Assembly (NCBI GenBank): GCA_051362555.1
Contig: CM120649.1
Span: 4,402,001 to 4,466,000 of the forward strand
Direction: 5' to 3'
From: Lingula anatina
Taxonomy: Eukaryota > Animalia > Brachiopoda
DNA: 64,000 nt
The notes beneath the pieces were generated by a model, which had not been told where the DNA came from, searched no databases, and worked only from the letters and a program-made list of their open reading frames with translations. Shown in pieces: positions 27,365 to 40,700 of this stretch; the stretch's first letter is position 1, and each line of letters starts with the position of its first letter. The position numbers were made by a program, and so were the translations under genes.

Positions 27365-27819
27365 GTAACACATATAAATAACACAGTTAAGCGTGCAAAT
27401 CAGACATGCACAGCTATTAGGCGAGAGTTTCGCAGAAATAGGAACCCACGGTTAATGCGGCCTCTCTTTGGTTCTTTAGTACGTTCAAAGCTTGAGTTTA
27501 GTTCTGCATCTTGGGATCACATAGCAAAAAAAAAAAAATTGTTTAGACGATCTGTCAGAGAGCACTATGGTGCTCTTCTGGCGGAGCGCTTTGACCCCGA
27601 GAACTATTGCGCTTGAGATAGTCATTGCAGATGTACACAATGTCGCAATTGTTTATTTTTTGGGGGGTGTTCATTCATGGGTCATTGACCCTTTAGGCCA
27701 ACCCTTTTGGATACAATTTTATTTTTGCACTATTTTAAAGTGATGCCGTACTATTATTGGTCAGTTGTTTTAATTATGCTCTTAAGTTCTTGTATATAAT
27801 CTTGCAATCAAATAAAAAA
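27365..27819 (+). mobile_element. CR1/Jockey-group LINE 3' fragment upstream of gene 3
   Basis: Peptide HINNTVKRAN...LFGSLVRSKLEFSSASW matches the post-RT motif of non-LTR elements; ends AATAAAAAA; missing from the homologous gene 5 upstream sequence (about 62596). Confidence 0.75.
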
Positions 27820-27949
27820 GACATAAATGTGTAAAGGTTATCAGTTCGTGTTCTCGTTATAATTTCTCTTGCTATTATGATTCTTTTGATGACTGGCACA
27901 TATGATGGTGGGATATCCTTTCGATAGGTTCCCAGTTTATTTAAGCTCT

Positions 27950-28490
27950 TCTAGTGAAAGAACCACAGTATACACAAACGTGTAGCAATAGTAGAGTTTT
28001 CTGCTACTCTTCAATTTAAAAAAGAATGACAATATGTAAATTGATATATATCCTTATAGTATAATGACTACAACTCCGTATTCGACTAAACTATAGAGCA
28101 ACACGATACAATGCCTCAGTGTCAGTTTTGCACCTTTTGTAAAAGATTGGATATGACATTGCGTGTAGCTTAACATAGTCCACATTTATATTCCTCATTT
28201 TGAAAACATATTCCTCACCTGTGCTTAATGCCAAGATTCTGTTATCACCAGGCAGTACTAATGTTTTAATTCGACCTCTCCTTATCCCTTTTGTTTTCAC
28301 TTGCCAGTCTTAAATATGTATTGCGCAATATGGCTGCGCCTGCAATACATGACCTAAATTGCACAATAGCAACGTACGTGTTGGTATTTTAATTGTTAAC
28401 CGGTTTCAGAATTTAAAAATAGCATAAAGTGTTGGAAATGCTGCTTATAATATTATAAGTGATAAAAGAGGCATTGCTGTATATTATATG
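27950..28490. repeat. Block B, copy 3, upstream of gene 3
   Basis: Contains TTGCGCAAT (28321-28329) and ATGACCTAAATTGCACA (28349-28365). Confidence 0.85.
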
Positions 28491-30448
28491 CATAACAGGC
28501 AATTCTAATAACTATTTTTAAAAAACCGTCTTTAGAAACATATGGCAGAAAGTAAAAGAAAGCTGCAAAATAAGTCCGTTTTTTTAAATATTTAGTCTTA
28601 TTTAGAGGATATCTACCTTTTTATCTACATTCCTTATGATAAGTTGTAAGCCATGATTATTAACGCTCAGAAACTGCTTATTCGACATTCAACAGATGCG
28701 GCAGATGGTGTCATCTCCAGGGAGTGCATTTGGCACTCGAGCACTGTAAGTGGAAGCCTGCTATGCCACTGTTTATCTTGCATTAAGAAAATGTCAACTG
28801 GCCAACAAAACTGAGAAAAGCCAATTAAGCTTGCCTTTTTTACAATATGATACGGACGGGGCATTGGTAATTTTTCAGAATTCAAGATGGCCGTCAATTT
28901 TGTTATATGAATAGCAAGAGCCCCACGTTTATATCAAAGATATATTCTTCACTCTGTTGTTCATCATTGCATGTTAATGTATACAGCCATGTGAAATGCG
29001 ATAACGTATTACATTTTTGCAAGTCATTTGCACACAAACACACCCACACCCACCAACACCCCCCCCCCCCACACACACACAGAAATGGCCTCCAAAACAT
29101 TATGGGAAGGGCAAATAGAAATAAAAAAGACTTTAAATAAATTAATAATATCAAGTAAAACAATACATCTGCAGTCAAGACAAAATAATAATAATAAAAA
29201 AAAATATTTGGATAAATCATACAATAGCGAAAAGCAATATGCCTAATGCTACTGTATGATCAAATAAAATATTAATATCTCAGTCCTTACAATGAGTCTT
29301 TCATTCAAAATCAAATATTACATTGTGGATGGTTATGAAATGGATTATCTCGTATTCTAGTATGTGTAAACGTAATGATCAGTTCGAAATTATAAACAGC
29401 GGTCAAATCGTTTTTCTTAGGATTGGATAATTCTTATCCTTTTATATTAGTTTTTTATCTTCACTTTTTTTCACGTATGGGTAAAGCAATGTTCGTTGCT
29501 TTATTATGGATTTTGTAATCAATAATCAATACCCAGGCAGTGACATACATACCCAGCTGATGGGGCTTATGAGATGAGTTATTCTTGACAACGTGGCATA
29601 GTTCGGGGATATGCGAGGGCTGCCCATCGACATCGACATCATGTAGACGAAATGTTGTTTCTTTGCCAATATATAATGACAGTAAATGTTCACTCTGAGG
29701 TGATAAAAAATGTAAGCATACAGTAGTAATAAAAATTAAGTTTCCGTTGTACGACGTTTTAAAAACGTCAAAACGTTTTAATCCCTATACTATGAATAGA
29801 AGGGGGCGGACAAACAATGGAGACCCGTCTAATCCCTTCAAAATTCGAACGCCAAAACACAATAGTTTAGACGTAATAACACACAATACCTTAGGCGAGT
29901 GAACCCCATGACGCCTGTTTCTGTGGTCCAGCGCGAGCGCGACAATCCGCTGTGACTAGGTGTAATTAACAGCAGGATACATCAGCCAGAAGGTGCCCAT
30001 TGTTTGTTGCGGCGATAGGATTATACTCCCGTGGCCACCTATCCTTTTGTTCACTAGCTTGGCACACGCAGCTGATCATGTTTTAAGTGTTGCAAGAAAA
30101 CTGCTAGTTTAATTTAGTATCAGTTTTTTAATTCAACATGAAGTGTTCTGTGGTCAAAAATTGAATTTGATAGACATGCATCAGCATCGTACATCAGCAT
30201 GATCAACAAATCACCCCGTCTCAAAAAGTTTAAAGATGCTCCGTACACAAATTTCCATCATCGCTACCTGTGTAAAAATAGATTACTGTTGAGAGATAAC
30301 AAAGAAAGAAACATTATTAAAACAATTTATTCACATTGCAAGCTGGCGTGTTGCCTCAATTACTACATAAAGTTACATTTTATATAAAATAATAGAACGA
30401 ATCCGAAAAAGGATAATACTAGAAAGTCTTAATAAATAAATAAATAAA

Positions 30449-30632
30449 CAGGACCGCAGCCAGGGGGAGTTCGGGAGGTTCGAAAACCCCCCCCTCTTTT
30501 GCTGAAAAAAGGCCCACTCTGGGTAAAATTTGACATAAGTACCTGGGGATTTGTACATGGGGATTTTTTGGTTAAAGGTCCACTTTTTCAGAAAAAGACA
30601 CTCCCCCTTTAAAATTGCTGGCTACGGGCTTG
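30449..30632. mobile_element. MITE, hAT-like
   Basis: TIR CAGGACCGCAGCCAG / CTGGCTACGGGCTTG; inserted in an (AAAT)n run, ATAAA on both sides. Confidence 0.7.
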
Positions 30633-30676
30633 ATAAATAAATAAATAAAAATATTATTTAAAGAATAAAGTAAATA

Positions 30677-32338
30677 CAGACTTGACATTTAATATGGAAT
30701 ATTTTTTTCGAAATAATTTTTTATCAGTTTTTTCCTATTTTGCGGACTGATAAATGAAAATAAGGATTCAAATCGTGTTTTAATAACTTTAAATTATCTA
30801 TTTGATGTCATTGTGACATCAGTTCATTAATGGAATTCGCCAGAGAAACAAACAAAAACACATTGCCTATTCTATGTCATACGACTCCCATTAAAAGAGA
30901 TATTTTGGATCTCCATAGTTTCCAAATTATCGTCTGTAAAAGGGTAATACGCTCCACAAAAGACCCTCATGTCAGTTGCTAGTCACAGTAATGGTCGTTG
31001 TTACGCCTGGCCTCTTCGTGGCTGTTGCCAGCGCTCTCAAGCGGCAAGGCATTTCTTGAGGGTAGGTTTTTAGAGTTCAATCTGGAATAGCATTCTAGGC
31101 ATCAGTCTGAAATTGTCCAATCTGGTCCAGTTTTGTTGTAGGACATGTAGGCAGTTGATTGGTGAGTAATGGTCTACCGAAATATTGTCTATGTGGTTCA
31201 AATATGGCGATTTTGATGACCAGGGTAGCTGCTCATCCCCTTGGTTCTGTAAGTTATCTGCTATTAAAAGTGCTCTGTGTGAACCTGCAACCTCATCGTG
31301 CAACCTAGAATTGTTCCTAAGGTGCCCCCTATCAAATGATAGTCAAGTGGTTCCGAGATTATCCCTTTATTTGATCTGGTTCAGGTTTTCGTCGATGACT
31401 ACCATTGGTGTTTTGGCACCAATGTGGAATCTACTCCAAATACTGACGCTGTCAATCACCCTTGTCACTTTAGACCCGGCATATGCTTCGTCGTAGGCCT
31501 CTTCTGGATATCTGTAAACTCTGTTTTGACTAATTGGGCGTTACAGGTGAAATCTGACCTCAATAAAGAAAGCCACGCAGTTTCAGTGTTCTACCCAGAA
31601 TCGTTCATGGCCCCCAATTCATTAGAGAAACAGACGACGATGTTTTGCTGTATACAGTGGGTACCTCGGAGGTCATTAGGTGTTCTTACCTGCTAAAACC
31701 AGTTTGGTGTTCGCTAAGGGCTTTGAAAAACGCATTTTAGTGGCAATTTACCCCTCGTTCTGAACGGACTAAGTGTTTTTTGTTTAGTTGCAGCAGCGTA
31801 TCCCGAAAGACAGTGGGTCCTGTACCCTGGAGGTAAAATTTTGATACATTGGGGGTGACCTCTGTGTAGGTACATCAGTCTGGGCATTACTCTATAAAAC
31901 TGTGGGGACCGTTCCGTTTGGCGCTATGATCTGTCTGGTGATGTCTGTCTTTTTCGCGCCATTCTGCCTTAGATTAACAAATTTGTAATGCACTTCTTGA
32001 CTCATCTTACGCACTGCAAAACTGGCCGCTTGCATGCAAAATTTCAAATTTTTCTATGCAGTAGTTGCTGAAATATGGATACTTTTTTGACAGAACCAAG
32101 CTTTACCTAAGCCAAGCTTTGATCAGCCCAAAGGAACACTACCCAATTAAATCACTGCAAATTACATAGTGTAGCAGCGCAACATGCATGAAAGTCAGTT
32201 AATTGGTAGTGACACACATGACTGCATACTTTTACATTCACAAATCTTATATGAAATCGGAGTTTTTTGAAAAAAGAACGTATTTTTACCTAGGTATACC
32301 TTCGAAACTGAAATATTCCATATTAAATGTCAAGTCTG
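30677..32338 (-). mobile_element. Tc1/mariner element, family A, full-length decayed copy
   Basis: 28-bp TIR CAGACTTGACATTTAATATGGAATATTT at both ends and a TA TSD. Minus-strand peptide HDEVAGSHRA...LPWSSKSPYLNHID corresponds to the Tc1 DNA.H...WP..SPDLNPIE motif. There are many stops and frameshifts. Confidence 0.9.
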
Positions 32339-34044
32339 TACTTAGGTTACATTAAGAATCAAATAAAAAAAATAGATAAAAATAAGATGGTTTAAATCAT
32401 TAAATAAAATTAATAAATAATAAATAAATTATGATTTAATAATTGAATGAATAAATCGCTGTGAAGAAATAATCATTGTCGCAGCTAACGCGGTGAGTGT
32501 CAACCCATTATCAGGGCCATAACTTATAACTCCTTGATTCAACGTACTTTCATAAACATGTAGTGTGACCACACTGTCAGCCACCCCCCTTGTTGCACGT
32601 TGCAAGCGATTTGTCTCATAACTATGACAAGGCGTTCTTTTTTCTTGTTGTTGTTTAAAAACGGACCACTTTGTCAAGGCTAATTGCTTAGCTCCCTGCG
32701 CGTCATATGTACTTAGCTCTTTGCGCGACCTATGTAAACGCTAAGATATGAATGTTATACCGGGTAGTTGATTGTTTTGCCCGGCCGCCGCACTTATGCT
32801 TTCTTACTAGAGCGATCTAGAACAACTAAGTCGCTAGTTTTCCCTGTTTGTAACTGAAGCAAAATATGTTCGACATGCCGTTTCTGCACGACAGCCGGAG
32901 ACACAGTAATTATATAAGGCATGGTTTAAGCTTGTTCGAGAGATAATAACAGTCGCGTTTAACAAAAGATAGTAAGACCCCCTCCTCTTTAACTGATGTC
33001 TTACACTGTTAATATTGACCGCACTTTCATATATTATGTAATGCACTGTCAGACTTTCCCCTGTTGCACGTTGGCGTTGGATTGTACTTGTGCCTCTGTC
33101 AATGCACCTCATTTAGTTTAAATATTTTTACCGCATAAACCTTTGTGGTTAAGAGTTATTAGTTTAGTAGTAGAAATAGGATGCTTGGACAAAAAGCTTC
33201 TAGTCAACTCGCTAAGACCTAGGGTGTGATGCTGCTATCATCCGAGGAAACACCTACACTGAACCTTCTACCTGAAGTCCCCCTAGCTAAAACAAAAAAT
33301 GCCCCTTGAACCGGTCCATTTTTAAAGCGACGAATCATTTTTGATATCATTGAGCGTTAAAGCGTAGGTTTATTCATCATGATCTATTTTGTAAACAATA
33401 CTTGCCTAGATTTTACTTGGATTGATCATAGTCACTGTTTGGCTACTCGCCTATAATGCGTGCTGAATGACAGACAACTTATAAATATCATCTGTGTTAC
33501 TGTGTTTATGACCACGTTAAGTTTAAATAGAACGGTATCGGTGATTTAATCCATCCAACATATTTATGTTTCTTCTTTTAAATCAAAGCAAGCCTTGCAG
33601 ATTGATTTTGTTGAAATTTACGTAAATTAAGTAAAGCTAAGTAAAGCCTGTTTCTAGTTCATCCACACTATAAAACTGCATGAAGGATAACAAGTCTCTG
33701 TAGCCAATTAACTTTCACAATGCCCTGTGCTTTAGAGTCCCATGTTATACAATAAAATGAGTATGGCTTGAGAGAAATATAAATATGAGGCCGTGTATGA
33801 AGATGTTTCAAATAATAAAAATCAAGAATTTAAACATGTTAGGTACATGCACATCACTTGATAAGTCATTTCACAAAAATGGCATCTAATTTTTCAGATA
33901 AACCCCCACTTTTATCGATCTCAACGCCTTGTCTGATGTTTACATGTAGGCGTATACTCCAATATTAATTGCGAACAATATCAATAGCGACTCGAGATCG
34001 TTGCCTGTTTTTCACACTTTTACACAAACTCATGAAGGGTTAAT

Positions 34045-35030
34045 AAAAGGATTCGCGTTGCGACATCTATCTCTTTCTTTCGAACAAGCAAATTAAGGGC
34101 CGACCCGAAGTAAGCTTTCATAACTAATTTCTCTTTGACTGTACAGGGGTATATTGTAATTACTCCACTTGGTCGCCTCCATTGTCTTGTAACATTGACA
34201 AAGAATGTGTTTTCACACGCTAGTTTACATAACTCCTTTGCCTTGTGTCTTTATCAAGGTTATAATCAGTTTGAATAGGTTGTCTTGCCTCACTTAAAAA
34301 GGGAGTTGTTCTCCACACTGGTCGTTACCTAACTTATGCTAACCTACTTTGTACAAATATGGTTTTAATAAATCGCCAAAACTATGACACTAGTGAACAT
34401 TGTGTATCAAACATTTTGATACGATTAAATAAATGTGCAAGAAGGATTACGGAATGAGTTACTATTTACCTCCCCCCACGCGCCCTTCAAATAATGCTCT
34501 TTTGATTTCGAAATGAATTTGTTTTTAACGCAAAGAAGTCCAATACCCCTTTCACGACTCAGTCATTGTACAGCATGTTATATTACTCTTTACCCTTTTT
34601 ATTTGACACTGTCTCTGTTTCTCTCCCCTTTTACTTTCTCTTGTTAGAAGGAGGGCAAATAATTAAGCATTCAAAATATGCATCACCAATCTTCAGAAAA
34701 GAATGAGTGAATGAACCATTGGGCTGGCCCACAACGTCCGACACAGCAGAATAAATTAAATAACAGCTTTCACAGATTTAACTGCAGTTAGCTGTACAGC
34801 GTCACTATATACATAATCCGCTGCACGCGCGAAGCTGTTGAACAAAAGGATAGTTCTCTATGGAAGACCTTTTGTTTACTCTAAGGGGGCGTGCCTAACC
34901 AGGCGACAAGAGGATTAGGCTAGTCACTATATTCCGTCAAATTCGTTTAGCGACCCTATCATTATCACACTCCCTCTATTGTATTTTCTGACGTTATAAT
35001 TGTATCTAATCTTCTTACGTTAGATGGAAA
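34045..35030. repeat. Duplicated intergenic blocks E (34045-34472) and F (34575-35030)
   Basis: Direct homologues at 46518-46956 and 50715-51160. Confidence 0.85.
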
Positions 35031-35109
35031 AAATGCACACATATATAATCTTATGACTGTACTTCTATAGGTAGGGGGTTGTAATTATTCATTGTGATGA
35101 CTAACCAAC

Positions 35110-35656
35110 TGTGAAATGCATTGGAGTGTGCAGTGCAAAGGGGAACCAACCTGATAAAACGTGGACCAACTCCCCCAACTTATTTAAGAAGAATGGGACA
35201 ATATCCCACATAACAGAATTGTTATCCGTGTTGAAGGCTTGTCGCGCCGTCTACAGGGAGATAATTGCAGTACACGGTAGACGCACACGATGTTAGGCAC
35301 GTAATCTTTAACGAGCACACCCTAATGCTTATAGTGTGTGAATTTGGTGACATTTGATGGCGTCCTTTTAATTTTTAAATAAAATATATAAAATAAATTA
35401 AAATAGACATTTCTTTACATCTGTAGACGTCACAGTGAAACAGTGGATTTGAGGGGATACCTCTTTTAAATTTTTCTAAATGGTATAAAATGTGTATATT
35501 TTCCCCACTATTTTGTATTTTTTTAAACAATTAATCATGTTAGACACGGTGTCTGTAATAAAAACACTATTTCTAACAATTTACAGCTTTGAGGTGATCA
35601 TTTGTAAATAAAATTACATTGAAATGGGGGTGGGACAACCTTTTTGACCAATGTTG
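35110..35656 (+). mobile_element. Tc1 element, family B, 3' part with right TIR
   Basis: EEWDNIPHNRIVIRVEGLSRRLQ/EIIAVHGRRTRC* matches the Tc1 transposase C-terminus; ends GGGACAACCTTTTTGACCAATGTTG|TA. The long arm 35430-35656 is inverted at 53627-53836. Confidence 0.75.
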
Positions 35657-35787
35657 TATATATATCATCTGTTGATATTGCTTTATTTTATTTGAATATC
35701 TGAGCTACTTCTATAACATCTAAAACATAGTACCACTGACGGACAATTTCAACATCGTTACACCCACCAGTGCTTTAGGCTATGTAC

Positions 35788-36275
35788 TAGGGCTGCGTAC
35801 CGTAAATATCGTCCTGCAAAGTGAAATCAGAGCCATCTTTGATATGAGATCCTCAGTCTCACGAGGCATCACGACAGCGTGGCTGATCCAGGGTTGTGAT
35901 TGGTCAACAAACTCAAAAGCAGGTCAGAGGTCAGTCACTTTTCCATTTTTGCCGCGTAAGTTTAAAGGCTCCGGGCTGAGCGGAGTTAATTCGTCAAAGT
36001 GTTTACGTCATATTAAACTTACCATTTTCAACACTTAATTGCCACTCAAAATGCGGGAAATGGCATTTAAGACGGTTACAAATTTCAAAACTTCCCTTGG
36101 GAGCATGCCCCAGACCCCCCCAGAAAGCTTGAGGATCCACCGCTCGGGATAGGGCCTTCGGTCCTCCATGGGACGCCCGAACACTGGTTCAGGTACAGGT
36201 ACAGGTCCAGACCTGTGCCTAAACCTCTGTACCGATACCTCTGTACATGATGTTTCGTTTAGGTACGCAGCCCTA
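35788..36275. mobile_element. hAT MITE with 8-bp TSD
   Basis: TIR TAGGGCTGCGTACC; TSD CTATGTAC (35780-35787, 36276-36283); empty homologous site near 20398. Confidence 0.9.
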
Positions 36276-37734
36276 CTATGTACATATAACTATGCATTTG
36301 TTGAAAAATGTTTTTTATTCTTTTCATTTCTGCAACATGCTGATATGGTGATTATTTCATACATCCTGATCAGTAAAGATAGTTAGCCAAAGAACAACAA
36401 TTCCCTTTTAAAACGAAGACCACTTTTCAGTTTTAACATATAATATTAATTGATGATTTAACCTGGAATTGCCAGTTTTTTTTCTATTTTTTCTATTTTG
36501 GAGCGAATATATGCAATTTCTTATTTTGAAGGTTGAGCAATTTGTCACACTTATATACTTAAGGAGAAGAGGTGTCGTATCTTGGTGTTAAAAAATTCCT
36601 AAAGTTAACAATAATGATATAAAACATCATTATAATACATGTCAATTCATATATTACATATGTTTTCATTCCGAGGTACAATGGTATATTTTACCATCTG
36701 TCTTTGCCAAGTGGTAAATTAACAATGTATCAGTTTACATATTTCTTTTATTACTGTCTGGGGAATACAATAATTACTGCTCCAAACATACTCTTATTTG
36801 AAAATTAAATACTTAATAAGTTGAATACATCACTTTTCCATATTTGAAAATTGGTATTTATGTTAGGTTTGTGAAATACAACTGTACAGTAATGCACTGT
36901 ACTTGTATAGGTTTTAGTTGATATTCTACATGCTTTTCAATATTTAAAGCAATTCTTTACAAAGCCCTTGTCCATATTATATAAATGCATAAAAGTTATC
37001 CACGCTGTTGGTAATGTGTGACTTCATACCTGAATAACAAGTAACAAGTAAAGGGGTCGTTTTAAACGATAACCCCAACGCCGGGAATGCTGAGAAAAAT
37101 GCAAAAGTGACAATAATTTTAAATTCGTACAGTGGTGCAATAGACTACAGTTCAGCATAACTTAGGGAAAAGGGTATTTTTATAGCTTTTACTCTTTGTC
37201 TCACAAAACTCTCTACTTCTCGTGTATTGTTAACCAACCATTTACTTAACCCCAAAATGGATCGCTTGATTTCATGTTAATTCGTGAAACCTGGGGTTTT
37301 TCCAGTTGCCTTACTCCAGTGTATATTTCAAACTGGTTTTGCCTATACAATACACTGTATCATTGTAGTTATTTTTACAATGCCAAGCAGTTCTGCCTTT
37401 AAAAATTCGACTCGACAAGAAATGCTGCAGTAGCTTTACGCGGTTGTCCATAATGTGACCTCGCGCATGCTCAGTGCATTTTGGTAATTTGTCAATTCAG
37501 AACTAGGGTTCTTAAAATATCAAACGAGGAACAACATGTATATACAAAACCATCATATTACTAACTAGTGGATACAATAGTTCTTAAATGTCTTGCGATT
37601 AACTGCCCACACCCTAAAGGTTAATAATGCATGCTTTGTTTAATGCGGTCCTCTACGCCTCTTGATCCATGCAATATATTTGAATAGCGGTCCAAATATT
37701 GCTTGAGTCATTTAAACCACCTTGATGTAAATTG

Positions 37735-40700
37735 TCATCCCCTTTTTTGTACAATTATCTTCTGAGGAAAGGGAGTGTTGTTTAGTTCAAACATCATAGG
37801 CTCGAAGTCAGGTTGGACATCTGGTGGAAAGCTTACGCTAAACCGACGAAAAAACAATGCCTGGAAAAGAAACTAATCACTATTCATACCTGCACATTTA
37901 CATGTATATGTAAGTAGTGCACACACGATATTCCTAAATATGAATAACATGTAATATTCATTAAGGCTATCTGACACATTTGAAAGAACAAAAATCAAAA
38001 CGAAAGAACACGTACCATGATCATCATGATTTCTGCCATGGCAAGTGCTTCTCCCACACATTTCCTCTTGCCACTGCTGAACGGCAGCCATGTCTTTTTA
38101 TCCAATTTTTTCAAGCTGCCATCTTTGTCCAAAAACCTCTCTGGCATGAACGTCTCTGGCGATTCCCAGTTTTTCGGGTCATGGTGGATTGCCCATATGT
38201 TGGGATAGACAAGAGTGTCTTTTGGGATATCGTATCCACCTAAATGATGATGAATAAAAAGGTGTAGCGTCATACCATCAGTGCATTGCCAACAACCTCA
38301 AACTAGCTAAAGAGATAAGTATTTAATATGGACAGTATGATAAATTTTCAGATTGCCATTCAATAAAAAGAAATTGTTTCACGAGAAAAAGTAGGTACCA
38401 TGTAAACAAAAGCTGAAGTTGCTGTGGAATTCAAATTCATGCCATCGATATAGTCCTTAAAATTCATGTTATCGCCTGTTTTAGTTGGATGGGGAAGATT
38501 AATTATATATTGATAATGACAGATAATTCAATAACCTAAGTTTTATATGCGAGCAAGACAAATTGATATCTCACCTAATTTGGTGTCACAAAGTGTTTTA
38601 TGTTTGAAAGCCACTGGGGTTGCAGGGCGCATGCGCATTACTTCTCTTAGAACAGCTTCACAGTAAGTCATCTTACTTCTGCAGTGACGAAGATCGCCCG
38701 AATGGTTTTCTGTTTGTCATATGTCAAAAAAGGCTATTTTTAAAAATGCAACAATCGGATGAAGGACATAAACATAATGACTATATGCATTAATAGTGCA
38801 GGCCTCATACAGCCGCTCGTTTTCTAGAACTGTGAAACACATACATGTATTTGTGACCAATAAGATGCACATGTAACTGTAACTGAAATAAAGACAAGAA
38901 AGATGCTTTTACAATGTACCTAAGTCGTCTAACTCCTTGTGAATCTTTGTCTGGACTTTTCGATTGTCTGCTACATACATTACCATCCACTTCAATGTGT
39001 CGGATGCAGTCACGGTTCCAGCTACGGGAGATATATGTCTGCTTAATACTCATCGGATGCATTGTAGTAAAAAACAAGTTTCATATTGAGCATTGCACAA
39101 CAACACTTAGTGTACTTTGTACAGAAAAATACAGACTTGACATTTATTATGGAAAATTTCAGTTTCGAAGGTAACCATAGGTAACAGTGCGTTAAAAAAA
39201 ATCCGATTTCATATAAGATATATGAACGGAAAAGCGTGTTGTCAGGTGTATCGTTACCAATTAACTGACTACACTGTCTGTTGCGCTGCTGCATTATGTA
39301 ATATGCAGTGATTTAATTTGGTGGTGCTCCTTTGAGCGGGTCAGAGCTAGGCTTTGGCAAAGCATGGTTCTGTCAAAAAAGTATACATTTGTCGGCAACT
39401 ACTGAATAGAAGAATCTGAAATTTTGCATGCAAGCGGTCGGTTTTGCAGTTCGTAAAATGAGCCTTGTATTGCTTTACAATTATATCAATCTGTGGCAGA
39501 ATGGCGCGAAAATGACAGACATTGCCAGACAGATCATAGCGCCAAATGGAACGGTCCGCACAGTTTTATAAAGCAATGCCCAGACTGATGTGCCTACACA
39601 GAGGTCACATACAATGTATAGAAATCTCACCACCAGGGTACAGGACCCATCGTCTTTCGGGATACGCAGCTGCAACTGAACAAAAACCAATCAGTCCATT
39701 TAGAATGAGGGACAAATTGCCACCAAAACGCGCATTCCAAGGCCCTTAGCGAACACCAAAATGGTTTTAGCAGGTAAGAATACTAAACAACCTCCGAGGT
39801 ACCCACTGTAAACAGCAAAACATCGCCGTCTGTTTATCTAATGAATTGGGGACCATGACCGTTTCTGGGTAGATCACTGAAACCGCGTGGCTTTCATTAT
39901 TGAGGTCCGATTTCACCTGCACCACCCAACTAGTCAAAACAGAGTTTACAGACATTACAGGACAATGCGTGTGCCGCGTCTTAAGTGATTAGGGCATTGA
40001 CAGCGTCAGTATTTGAAGTGTATACAACATTGGTGCCAAAACACCAATGGTAGTCATTGACGAAAACCTGCACCAGATCAAATAAAGGAATAATCTGGGA
40101 AACAATTGACTATCATTTGATAGGGGGAACCTTAGGAACAATTTTAAGGTTGCACGGTGAGATTGTCGGTCCACACAGAGAACTTTTAATTGCACATAAC
40201 GTACAGAACCAAGGGAATGATCAGCTACCTTAGTCATCAAAATCGCGATATTTGAACCACATAGACAACGTTTGGGTAGGCCATTACTCGACGAATCATC
40301 GGCCTACATGTTCTACAACAACTGTTTTGACCGATGCCTGGAATGTTATTGAACTCTAAAAAACATTTCCGAAGTAATGCCTTGTCCCTTGAGAGTGCTG
40401 GTAGCAGCCAGAAGAGTTCAGGTGTAACAGCGACCGTTGCTATGACTAGACACTGACATGAGGGTCATTAGGCCACACTTTTTTATTTTTATGGATGACA
40501 TCCTCTGGGGACCCCAAAGTCGGTGCGAGCGGGCGAAAAAAAAAAAAAAAACAGTCAAAAAAAAAAAAACTGCTTAAGAAAAGTTATGTTTTCAGTACAC
40601 AGCGGGAAACACTAATTTACCACAGAAACACGTATCAAACTAACAACATGTCTTTATCCATGCTCTCAAAATATTAAAGCATTGTGAATAGGGCCTACTT

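Noticed and set aside
28660-29020. GC-richer patch with Cys-containing short peptides, possibly a transposase remnant
   Set aside because: No diagnostic motif, TIR or TSD could be identified.
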